Position numbers and translations under genes: made by a program. From contig CAVYKI010000009.1 in the NCBI GenBank assembly GCA_963769025.1, forward strand, positions 1,024,001 to 1,088,000: a DNA stretch of 64,000 nt, read 5' to 3'. Positions 12,047 through 21,134 of this stretch are shown here, one piece after another (the stretch's first letter is position 1; the number at the start of each line of letters is the position of its first letter). The stretch comes from an uncultured Verrucomicrobiae bacterium. GTDB taxonomy: Bacteria; Verrucomicrobiota; Verrucomicrobiia; Chthoniobacterales; Chthoniobacteraceae. The notes under the pieces are model-generated. The model was not told where the DNA came from, did not search any database, and saw only the letters and a list, made by a program, of their open reading frames with translations.

Positions 12047-12481
12047 ATGAGCGCTCCAGGTCCCCGCAGCCCACACGACAAGGTCAGCGGTCTGGTCTAT
12101 TTCGGTCGCATGCTCGACAAGATCCGCCTGCACCAGCGCGAGGAACTGGCAACCGAACTCCACGCGAATCTGGGCGAGGGCTTCGACAAGACATGCGCGC
12201 AGTTTCTCGGCGTCCCGTATTCGGATATCGTCGGGCACGTCAAAGGCGGCGCGTCCGACGAGGAAACGCTTGCGTGGTGCCGCTCGCGCGGACGCCCGTT
12301 CACGGATGACGACGCATTGGTATGGAGCGAGTTCATGCGGAAACGGGGGTGGAATGATCTCCTCAGTGAGCGTCTCAAGCAGCGCAAGGCTGAGAGCGGT
12401 TTGTCGAGCCGCGACGACATCCAGACGATGTTCGACTACATCGACGCCGACGAGGGGCGTCCGCTGCGTCCGCAGCCCTAG
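12047..12481 (+). CDS. DUF5069 domain protein
   Basis: PRSPHDKVSGLVYFGRMLDKIRLH...GFD...FLGV...FDYIDADEGR. Confidence 0.8.
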   Translation: MSAPGPRSPHDKVSGLVYFGRMLDKIRLHQREELATELHANLGEGFDKTCAQFLGVPYSDIVGHVKGGASDEETLAWCRSRGRPFTDDDALVWSEFMRKRGWNDLLSERLKQRKAESGLSSRDDIQTMFDYIDADEGRPLRPQP

Positions 12482-12978
12482 CTGCCGCTCTCGGCAGGCT
12501 GCTTCGCCGAGTCAGGCGCCGACGGGAGCGAACGAACCTGATCGGATGCCGCGCCGCCGAAAAATCGCTGGAACAAGGTGCGGGAAGCGGCCTTGCCGGC
12601 CTCCTCCTCGCAGAGTTCCTGCCACGCGGCCTGCTTCGCCTGCTCCCACGGCGAGGCAAAACCCGGCGCCGCGACCGTCATTTTCTTCTCGGCCCGCGCA
12701 AAGATCTCGAGCTCGCGCGCAAGCTTCTGCTCCGGCTGGGCGCTCAGATTCTGCACCTTGATCCGCAGGTTCTCGTTCTCCTTCCGCAACGAATCGAGTT
12801 CGCCCTTTTGCTTCGAGACGGCTGCCGCATCGATCTCCATCTTGTCGCTCAACATGCGGCGGTAGCGCGTGTATTCGCCTTTCACGCGGAGAAGATGGTA
12901 AAGCGCGAGGAGGAGGAGGACCGCGAGCAGGACGCAACCGGCGCCGAGTGTCGCGGGGTGGAGGAGGAAATCTTTCAT
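12478..12978 (-). CDS. Hypothetical membrane-anchored coiled-coil protein
   Basis: N-terminal TM helix then coiled coil (LDSLRKENENLRIKVQNL). Confidence 0.65.
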   Translation of the reverse strand: MKDFLLHPATLGAGCVLLAVLLLLALYHLLRVKGEYTRYRRMLSDKMEIDAAAVSKQKGELDSLRKENENLRIKVQNLSAQPEQKLARELEIFARAEKKMTVAAPGFASPWEQAKQAAWQELCEEEAGKAASRTLFQRFFGGAASDQVRSLPSAPDSAKQPAESGS

Positions 12979-13013
12979 TGTGGAGATGGGCGTTTGAGGC
13001 GCGCAGGCGTTCG

Positions 13014-13406
13014 CTACGCGAACATTTCTTCAAAACGGGAGAGCACGCCGGCCTCCGAGCGGATGATATTGTTCAGCTCATCGAGAATCGCCACGCGCGG
13101 CCGGTGATGCGCGGCTTCCTCGGCGGTCATCTGCGCGAAATTCATGATCGTCAGCCTGTCGCCGATCGCACCGAGATGCGCAGTCGCACCGTTCAACTCG
13201 ATGACGCCCGAGCCGCGGGGACCATAGATCACATAGGTCTCGAAGCGCGCCCCATTCGCCATGTTGCTCACGAGGATGCGCTCATAGCGGAGGAGACCGA
13301 CGCACTCCGCGATGTCCTCGGAGATCGTCATGCTTCCTTGGTAATCCACACTCGCCCCGGTAACGGTTGCGCGGTGAAGTTTTGATTTCAGCAAGGTCAG
13401 CTGCAT
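13014..13406 (-). CDS. panD: Aspartate 1-decarboxylase
   Basis: MQLTLLKSKLHRATVT, YQGS cleavage site, NGARFETYVI, LNGATAH. Confidence 0.95.
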   Translation of the reverse strand: MQLTLLKSKLHRATVTGASVDYQGSMTISEDIAECVGLLRYERILVSNMANGARFETYVIYGPRGSGVIELNGATAHLGAIGDRLTIMNFAQMTAEEAAHHRPRVAILDELNNIIRSEAGVLSRFEEMFA

Positions 13407-13462
13407 TGCGCGGAAATCATGGAGGGAATCGCCGGGAATTGCAAGGAACCCCTCGTGTTGGG

Positions 13463-14641
13463 TCAAATCTCGGGCTTGTAAGTCCGGCCTTTCCACGAGA
13501 CGCCGCGTCCCGTCGAGAGGCGCCAGCTATTGAGGCCGATCAACATCAACAACAGGAAACCGAGCGGATGCAGCAGTGCTCCGATCCGGCTCGTGCGAAA
13601 GCGGGCGGCGAGGAGCAAGCGGATAAGAAAAATGATCGCGATCTGCAAACCCGCGACCCATCGCAAAGGCGGCGGCACAAGGAACACCGCGACGAACGGC
13701 CAGAAAAAACACGCCGCCTGAAGACCGCCGAACAGCCAGAACGTGATTCCGCGATCGTCGAACGCCGCGCGGATGTTCTTCGTGAAGCCCTCCCAAGTTT
13801 CCGCGAACGAGCGATACATCCGCACCGTGGAAAACTGGAGTGCGTCGCAGTTAAAGAGTCGCTCTCCCTCGGGAACATGCTCCGCGACCTGCCGGCCCAG
13901 CGTCACGTCTTCCACGACATGTGCGCGGACGCCGTCGTGGCCGCCGATGCGTTCGTAGGTCCGCCGGGCAAAAAACATGAACTGTCCGTTTGCGACGCCC
14001 ATGCCGCGCGGGTCACGCCCCCGTACGCGTTCGGGCTTTTCCTGAATCCAGCGCTGCAACCAGAGCGGGCAAAATGAAAACCCCACGAGGAGGATGACCG
14101 GCACGATCAGTTTCTCGCCCGGTGTGACCGTCACGAGCCTCGGCCAGGCGGAGACGAGACCCGCTCGGTTCCGCTGCGCATACGCCACGGCGGCGGTCAC
14201 CGTCCCCGGCGCATGCTCCGTATCCGCATCAGTGAAAAAGAGGAACTCGCCCCGCGCCGTCTGTGAAAGTTGATGGCAGGCCCAGTTTTTTCCCGTCCAT
14301 CCCTCCGGCAGCGGATGGCCGCGGAGCAACTGCGAACGAATGCCCGCAGGCCGTGCTGCCTCAATCAGCCGCTCCACGATCGCCCCCGTGTCGTCCTCGG
14401 AATGATCGTCCAGCACGAGGACTTCGCAGTTCGGGTAATCCTGCCGCAACAGCGAACCGACGCAGGCCTCGATGCTGCGCTGCTCGTTTCGCGCCGGGAC
14501 GAGGATGGACACCAGCGGCGGGCTTTCCGGCGGCTCAGCCGGGCGCAGGCCGTCAAACGAGCGGAGGTTTGCGAGCACGTTTGCGAGAATGAGCAGCAGA
14601 CAGCCCACGATCAGCCACTGGTAGATTGTGTGCGCGAGCAT
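13463..14641 (-). CDS. GT2 family membrane glycosyltransferase (carotenoid/hopanoid GT-like)
   Basis: VSILVPARNE, DDHSEDDT, GWTGKNWAC, FTDAD, ANGQF, VEDV, C-terminal TMs and WKGR. Confidence 0.85.
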   Translation of the reverse strand: MLAHTIYQWLIVGCLLLILANVLANLRSFDGLRPAEPPESPPLVSILVPARNEQRSIEACVGSLLRQDYPNCEVLVLDDHSEDDTGAIVERLIEAARPAGIRSQLLRGHPLPEGWTGKNWACHQLSQTARGEFLFFTDADTEHAPGTVTAAVAYAQRNRAGLVSAWPRLVTVTPGEKLIVPVILLVGFSFCPLWLQRWIQEKPERVRGRDPRGMGVANGQFMFFARRTYERIGGHDGVRAHVVEDVTLGRQVAEHVPEGERLFNCDALQFSTVRMYRSFAETWEGFTKNIRAAFDDRGITFWLFGGLQAACFFWPFVAVFLVPPPLRWVAGLQIAIIFLIRLLLAARFRTSRIGALLHPLGFLLLMLIGLNSWRLSTGRGVSWKGRTYKPEI

Positions 14642-14728
14642 GCGCGCGGAACGGAACCGATCCGCCGGCCGGTTGGCAAGCACCGTGGAAGTTGCCACTC
14701 CGCAATTTCGCACGTAAATGAACCGTGA

Positions 14729-15868
14729 ATGCACAGCACCGAGGAAATCCTGAACACTGACCGGCCATCCACCGTGCTTCGGAAGTTCGCGTCCCTGCTG
14801 GAACCGAAAAGCGACGCGGAACTCGAGGCGATGGCGCGCGAATCGGCGCTGCTCACACGGCGCAATTTTGGCAAGGTCATCCGCCTTTTTGCGCCGCTCT
14901 ACCTTTCCAACGAGTGCATCAACTCGTGCACCTACTGCGGATTTTCCCGCGACAACGCGATCCTCCGCGTGACGCTGGAAATCAAAAGCGTGCTCGCCGA
15001 GGCGCGCCATCTCGCCGCGGAAGGTTTCCGCAACATCCTGCTCGTCGCGGGCGAGCATCCGAAATTCGTGTCGAACGGCTACCTGGAGGCGTGCATCCGC
15101 GCCCTCGCGCCGGAGATTCCGACGCTCGCCCTCGAAGTCGCGCCGATGGAGACGGCGGACTACATCCCGCTCGTGCGCGCGGGCGCCGAGGGGCTCATCG
15201 TGTACCAGGAGACGTACGATCGCGCGACTTACGCCGAACTGCACACCGCGGGGCCGAAGCGCGACTTCGACTGGCGGCTCGCGTGCCCCGAGCGCGCGTA
15301 TGACGCCGGCTTCCGCCGCATCGGCATCGGTGCGCTCTTCGGCTTGTGCGATTGGAAAGGCGAAGCGCTCGCGCTCGCCGCGCATCTCGACCATTTGCTG
15401 CGCCGCTGCTGGAAGGCGCAGTTCACCGTGAGTCTTCCGCGCCTGCGACCTTGCGCGGGCGAGTTCACGCCACGGCATTCGCTGCCGGACCGCGAGTTCG
15501 TCCAGCTCGTCACGGCGCTGCGCATCTGCTTTCCGCATGTAGGCATCGTCCTCAGCACCCGGGAGCCTGCGGCGCTGCGCGACGCGCTGTTGCCGCTCGG
15601 CATCACGATGATGAGCGCCGGCAGCCACACCGAGCCGGGTGGCTACACGGGCGAGGGAAAGGACGACCTCCACCTCACCATCCGCGGCCGCCGCCAGGAA
15701 ATCGTTCCGGCTCTCCCCTCTCCCGACGGTTGCGATCACGATCAGTCCGCGACCAGCCAGTTTGAGATCTCCGACACGCGCTCGGCGTCGGAAATCGCGG
15801 ATCTGCTGCGGAGGCGGGGATTCGAAGCCGTGTGGAAGGACTGGGACCAGGCCATCGCCGCGCATTGA
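14729..15868 (+). CDS. thiH: 2-iminoacetate synthase (radical SAM)
   Basis: FAPLYLSNECINSCTYCGFS, YQETY, SLPRLRP, LSTRE, SAGSHTEPGGY, WKDWD. Confidence 0.9.
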   Translation: MHSTEEILNTDRPSTVLRKFASLLEPKSDAELEAMARESALLTRRNFGKVIRLFAPLYLSNECINSCTYCGFSRDNAILRVTLEIKSVLAEARHLAAEGFRNILLVAGEHPKFVSNGYLEACIRALAPEIPTLALEVAPMETADYIPLVRAGAEGLIVYQETYDRATYAELHTAGPKRDFDWRLACPERAYDAGFRRIGIGALFGLCDWKGEALALAAHLDHLLRRCWKAQFTVSLPRLRPCAGEFTPRHSLPDREFVQLVTALRICFPHVGIVLSTREPAALRDALLPLGITMMSAGSHTEPGGYTGEGKDDLHLTIRGRRQEIVPALPSPDGCDHDQSATSQFEISDTRSASEIADLLRRRGFEAVWKDWDQAIAAH

Positions 15869-16065
15869 AAAGGATCACCGTCAACGGCCAGGCGCGCGAG
15901 ACCGCAGCCGAAAATGTCGCGGCGCTGATCGCCGAACTGGGCTTTGCGAAAGGCACCGTGCTCGTCGAGCACAACGGCACCGCGCTGCGTCCCGCCGAAT
16001 GGAACGGATGCCCGCTCAACACCGGCGATCACATCGAACTCCTCCGCCTCGCAGCCGGCGGATGA
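15865..16065 (+). CDS. thiS: Sulfur carrier protein ThiS
   Basis: TTG start overlapping thiH stop; ITVNG...VEHNG...GDHIE...C-terminal GG. Confidence 0.9.
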   Translation: MKRITVNGQARETAAENVAALIAELGFAKGTVLVEHNGTALRPAEWNGCPLNTGDHIELLRLAAGG

Positions 16066-16072
16066 CTGCGGA

Positions 16073-16735
16073 TCACGTCGCACGCGAGCCCGCCACCACC
16101 ACGAACTCGGCACGGTAAAGCCCCGCGGCATTTTCCTCGTGCCGCTCGACGGCGGTGCCGAGCAACCGGCGGAACATTTCCATCTCCAACCGCGCGACGA
16201 CCGGATAGGCGCGCAGCACATCGAGAAACGGGCAGTGATGCTCGATGATGGAAATGCGACCATCGCCCCCCTTTTCCACCACGGCCATGTGGCCCGCAGC
16301 GTCACGGGAATTCGCGAGAGCCGCTGCGCGTGTCTCCGGGTCCGGACCCTGCACTTTCTCCTCAAGGGCGGCCGCCTTTTGCTGCCACACGAGCATGAGC
16401 AATTTTTCCGCCGCTGCGGGCCCGAAGAGCTTCTTCGCTGCGTCGAGCAGTTCGAGCGTGAGAGGATTGCTCGCGGCGGGAAAGAGATCGTTCGCGCGCT
16501 CGGTGAGACGGTAGAGGATGCGCGGGCGCCCCGTGTTGCCCTCGGGGCGCGGCTCGCGGCGCCCGTCGAGCAGTCCGCGCGCCTGCAGGTCCATGCAGAG
16601 GTCCTTGATGCCCATGTACGACATGCCGAGGTGGTCGGCGAGCTCCTGCACACTGAGTCCTTGCGTGCGCTTGAGGACATTCAGCACACGGAGGCGCGCG
16701 GAACGGGCGACGGCGGCTATCAGCTTCTGCGACAT
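16073..16735 (-). CDS. ArsR/SufR-like winged-helix transcription regulator
   Basis: N-terminal HTH, GRPRILYRLT, DLFP, EHHCP. Confidence 0.8.
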   Translation of the reverse strand: MSQKLIAAVARSARLRVLNVLKRTQGLSVQELADHLGMSYMGIKDLCMDLQARGLLDGRREPRPEGNTGRPRILYRLTERANDLFPAASNPLTLELLDAAKKLFGPAAAEKLLMLVWQQKAAALEEKVQGPDPETRAAALANSRDAAGHMAVVEKGGDGRISIIEHHCPFLDVLRAYPVVARLEMEMFRRLLGTAVERHEENAAGLYRAEFVVVAGSRAT

Positions 16736-16792
16736 CGGCGGGCAGCGTCGCTTTTTGAAAGGCGGACGTCCAACCCGGAATCGCGCCTCGCG

Positions 16793-17761
<969 letters not shown>

Positions 17762-17773
17762 CCCGCACGCCGC

Positions 17774-18199
17774 CTAGCGGAATCCGTAGGCCATGCCCCA
17801 GTGCGTCCGTTCGCGCGAAGTTTTCTCGACTTCGACGATCACGTAATATGTTCCCGAACGCTTTGGCACGACGCGCGCGGCGGCGAGCTGTCCCTTCTGC
17901 CAAGACTCCACCTCGCACAGATTCCCATCGCTGTCGTAAACATGCACCGAGACACGCGCCCCCTTCACGTCCGTGCCCATCCAGAACCAGTATTCGTTGC
18001 CTTTGAAAAGCTGCTGCGTGATCGCCTTCGGCTGCGACACGGCCATGTCGCCGCCCCAGTAGTCTTCGCGCACGGTGAAGCCTTCCTTCACGTACGGCTG
18101 GGCGGCCTCGAGCGTGTAGGAGAGGGCGTCGTCCACCGTCGCCAGCGCAGGGAGCGCGGCGCAGGCGAGGAAAAGGATGATTTTAAAAAGCCGGGTCAC
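17774..18199 (-). CDS. Secreted hypothetical protein (beta-sandwich, PPC-like)
   Basis: Signal peptide; VHVYDSDG...SGTYYVIVE pattern. Confidence 0.6.
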   Translation of the reverse strand: MTRLFKIILFLACAALPALATVDDALSYTLEAAQPYVKEGFTVREDYWGGDMAVSQPKAITQQLFKGNEYWFWMGTDVKGARVSVHVYDSDGNLCEVESWQKGQLAAARVVPKRSGTYYVIVEVEKTSRERTHWGMAYGFR

Positions 18200-18214
18200 A
18201 GGTGTGCGGTGAGT

Positions 18215-19015
18215 TTAGCGACTATTGATTGCTTTGACCAGCCCCGCCGCGATGGAGCCTACTTCGCGGACGGACTTCGCCGAGATCTCCGACCCGTCGC
18301 GCAGGCCGAGGAGCGGGCGGATTTCCTGCAGCCCGGTCTCGATTTTGCCGATGACGGCGGCCTTCTTGTAGCGACTCTTGAGGCCGTCGAGCTGACCCGC
18401 GAAATATTCGAGCAACACCGGCTGATGGAGCAAATCCGCTCCGTCGCGCGAGTAGTCCTTGGAGACGACTTCGCAAAGCGCCTCCGTGCCGCGAAGCCAG
18501 CCTCCAAGGCTCACGAGCTGCGAGAGTTGCTCGCTGCCGAGTTCGGCCATTGCCTCCTTCACTTCGCTGAGGGCGCGGTCCAGTTCCTTGCGCACCTGTT
18601 TCCAATCTTTGTTGTTGCCGGCCTGGACGATTGCGTTCGCGCGTTTGGTCACGGCTTTGCGCACGCCCAGCGCGTCGCTGAGGCTTAGCACGCTATTGCC
18701 GATCTTTTGCACCTGATCGGCGTCCTCCGCTTCCACGGCCACAAAGCCCTCGGCGATCACAATTCCAAGGTTCAGCGCCACTTGCGCCTGCTCGCCGAAT
18801 GGCTTCGCCACGCCCTTCATCGGGCGCAGCACCTCGGCCCAGCGCGGCTTGCCCAGCTTGTCGAGCACGCCGAAAATTTCGCTCGGCACCGGCACGATCA
18901 CATCGCCGATGATCCGCGTCTGCTGCGGCAGCTTGCTGACGTCGATCTTTGGCGGTGGAGCGGCGTTCAGCGGCAGCACGGAGAGCAAAAGGGCAGGCAA
19001 AAGGGCGTGTTTCAT
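18215..19015 (-). CDS. Secreted all-helical hypothetical protein
   Basis: MKHALLPALLL signal; VPVPSEIF, VALNLG, LGGWLRG. Confidence 0.65.
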   Translation of the reverse strand: MKHALLPALLLSVLPLNAAPPPKIDVSKLPQQTRIIGDVIVPVPSEIFGVLDKLGKPRWAEVLRPMKGVAKPFGEQAQVALNLGIVIAEGFVAVEAEDADQVQKIGNSVLSLSDALGVRKAVTKRANAIVQAGNNKDWKQVRKELDRALSEVKEAMAELGSEQLSQLVSLGGWLRGTEALCEVVSKDYSRDGADLLHQPVLLEYFAGQLDGLKSRYKKAAVIGKIETGLQEIRPLLGLRDGSEISAKSVREVGSIAAGLVKAINSR

Positions 19016-19125
19016 CGTTTCGAGCATTCGTCCACGGGTGTGGACGTTGATCAGAACGCGGGGGCCACACGGCGGCAAGTCATCTTTTCCGCCGACGCCG
19101 GCTGGCCTGCGCTCCGAACATCGGA

Positions 19126-19827
19126 TCAATCGGTGCTGTTGGTCGCGATGGTCGTGCTTTTGAGACGGATTTTGTGCGTCCTTCCATCCCGTTCAATGGT
19201 GAAAGTCCCGCTCCATCCGGCGTCTTTGCACGGGCCGCTGAGCCACTCCACGGCACCCCTCGTGGCGTCGAAGGTGTAGGTTCCTTCGCCATAGTATTCA
19301 CCACTGCTGCGGCGCGAGATGCGATACTTGCCTCCCGCCTGCAGTTCGATATGGCCGAGATAAAGCGGCGGTCGTCCGATCGCCCCGTACGAATTGATGT
19401 TGTACTTCCCCAAGCGCGGTCCGGCACCTGCGGCAACACCCGCCGGCGCACTCGTGGAACCTCCCGGCGCAGCCGGAGCCACCGAAGGCGCTCGATTGCC
19501 CGTGCCGCCGGGCGCCGATGGTGCGGCAGGCGCGCCACCCGCAACCTTGCGAAAATAGACCGGACGCAGCCACCGGTCGTAGCTCGCGGGGTAGCCGTCG
19601 TAGTGGACCTTGAACTCGCCCTCATGCTCGCCGCCCGCCTTGCCTACTCCGATGATCACCGCCTTGTCCCACGAACCGAGTATGTTCACCTCGATTCGCT
19701 CGTTCATCTCGTATGCAGGTGCGGCGGCTGCGATCCGCGGCTGCGCCATGAGTGCGAAAATCGCAACGAGGCCAATCAGCCTCGCGGCCGACACGCACAC
19801 GATCCAATGAAATGAACGGCATTGCAT
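19126..19827 (-). CDS. Secreted two-domain protein with Tudor/Agenet-like N-terminal domain
   Basis: IEVNILGSWDKAVIIG...FKVHYDGYPASYDRWL, Ala/Pro/Gly linker, second beta domain; start uncertain. Confidence 0.6.
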   Translation of the reverse strand: MQCRSFHWIVCVSAARLIGLVAIFALMAQPRIAAAAPAYEMNERIEVNILGSWDKAVIIGVGKAGGEHEGEFKVHYDGYPASYDRWLRPVYFRKVAGGAPAAPSAPGGTGNRAPSVAPAAPGGSTSAPAGVAAGAGPRLGKYNINSYGAIGRPPLYLGHIELQAGGKYRISRRSSGEYYGEGTYTFDATRGAVEWLSGPCKDAGWSGTFTIERDGRTHKIRLKSTTIATNSTD

Positions 19828-19961
19828 GGCGGATGGTGGGATTTTGCCCGCGCGTAAGACAAGGCGAATGAACGCGCGGATGAGGCGCATCGGAAGGCGG
19901 ACGGTGTTCCGTCATCTTTTCCGTTGCGGACGCCCGCAATGCAGCGGCTATGCTCTGACAA

Positions 19962-21125
19962 ATGCCAAACAGCGCCGCATCGAAACTCGTGCTCGCCCCC
20001 TATTCCGAATCCGTCGTCGCGGAGGCGGCGAGCTCGGCGTTGCACGAGGCGGGCGGGCGAGTGAGCTGCGCATTCGTCTTTTGCTCGGCGGACTACCGGG
20101 CGCAGCTCGGCGAGTTCCTCGAAGTGCTCCAGGTCCACGGCCACATCCCGCTCATCGTGGGCTGCAGCGGCGCGGGCTTCGTCGGCACCGGAAAGGAAGC
20201 GGAAGCCGTGAGCGGCTTTTCGCTGCTCGTCCTGCATCTGCCCGAGACGCAGCTCCTGCCCTTCTCGTTCTCCTCGGCCGCAGCGCCCGCGTGGGACGAT
20301 GGCGACGCATGGCGGAAAGCCGCTGGCACCGAGAATGCGGACGCATGGCTGCTGCTGGCAGACCCGGCCACAGTCTCGCCTGAGCCGTGGCTGGCCGCGT
20401 GGAGCAAGGCCTTTCCCGACACGCCGTGCTTCGGCGGTCTCGCGAGCGGAGGAGGTTCGGCCGAGGACATGTTCGTCTTTCGCGACCGCGAACTCCTCGA
20501 TGGCGGCGGCGTGGCGCTGGGCTTCCGCGGCGGCGTGAAAATCAAGACGCTCGTCAGCCAGGGCTGCCGCCCGATCGGCGAGGCGCTGCCGGTCACTGGC
20601 GCGGAAGAGAACATCATCCAGACGCTCGGCTCCCGCCCCGCGTGGCGAATCCTTGACGACGCGTTCCAGTCGCTCACCTCCGAGGAAAAGGCGGCTGCAA
20701 AAGGCAACCTCTTCGCCGGCCTCGCGATGACGGAGTACCGCGAGGAATTCCACCGCGGCGACTTTCTCATCCGCAACATCCTCGGTGCCGACCAGGAGAG
20801 CGGTGCCGTCGCCATCGGAGCCTTCCCTCGCGTCGGCCAGACCGTGCAATACCAACTCCGCGACGCGACCGCGGCGGACGAGGATCTCACGCACCTCGCG
20901 GGCAGCCTCCGCGACAGCGGCGTAAAGCCGTTCGCGTCGCTGCTCTTTTCCTGCGGCGGGCGCGGGCGCGGGCTCTTCGGCGTGCCGAATCACGACGCTG
21001 GCGTCATCGCGGAAACCTTCGGGCCGCATCCGAGCGCCGGCTTTTTCTGCAACGGCGAGATCGGGCCGGTCGGCGGGAAAAACTTCGTCCACGGATACAC
21101 GGCGAGCGCGGCGCTCTTCGTCTGA
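19962..21125 (+). CDS. FIST (FIST_N + FIST_C) domain protein
   Basis: VGCSGAG, FGGLASGG, VSQGCRPIG, FLIRN, FSCGGRG, GFFCNGEIGP, HGYTAS. Confidence 0.9.
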   Translation: MPNSAASKLVLAPYSESVVAEAASSALHEAGGRVSCAFVFCSADYRAQLGEFLEVLQVHGHIPLIVGCSGAGFVGTGKEAEAVSGFSLLVLHLPETQLLPFSFSSAAAPAWDDGDAWRKAAGTENADAWLLLADPATVSPEPWLAAWSKAFPDTPCFGGLASGGGSAEDMFVFRDRELLDGGGVALGFRGGVKIKTLVSQGCRPIGEALPVTGAEENIIQTLGSRPAWRILDDAFQSLTSEEKAAAKGNLFAGLAMTEYREEFHRGDFLIRNILGADQESGAVAIGAFPRVGQTVQYQLRDATAADEDLTHLAGSLRDSGVKPFASLLFSCGGRGRGLFGVPNHDAGVIAETFGPHPSAGFFCNGEIGPVGGKNFVHGYTASAALFV

Positions 21126-21134
21126 CACGCGCCA

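Noticed and set aside
14642..14728. TPP riboswitch upstream of thiH
   Set aside because: Only 87 bp between divergent genes and no TPP core (CTGAGA...CCTGA) seen
13463..15865. 800-aa minus-strand ORF suggesting a giant glycosyltransferase fusion
   Set aside because: First half is antisense to thiH; the real gene starts at 14641
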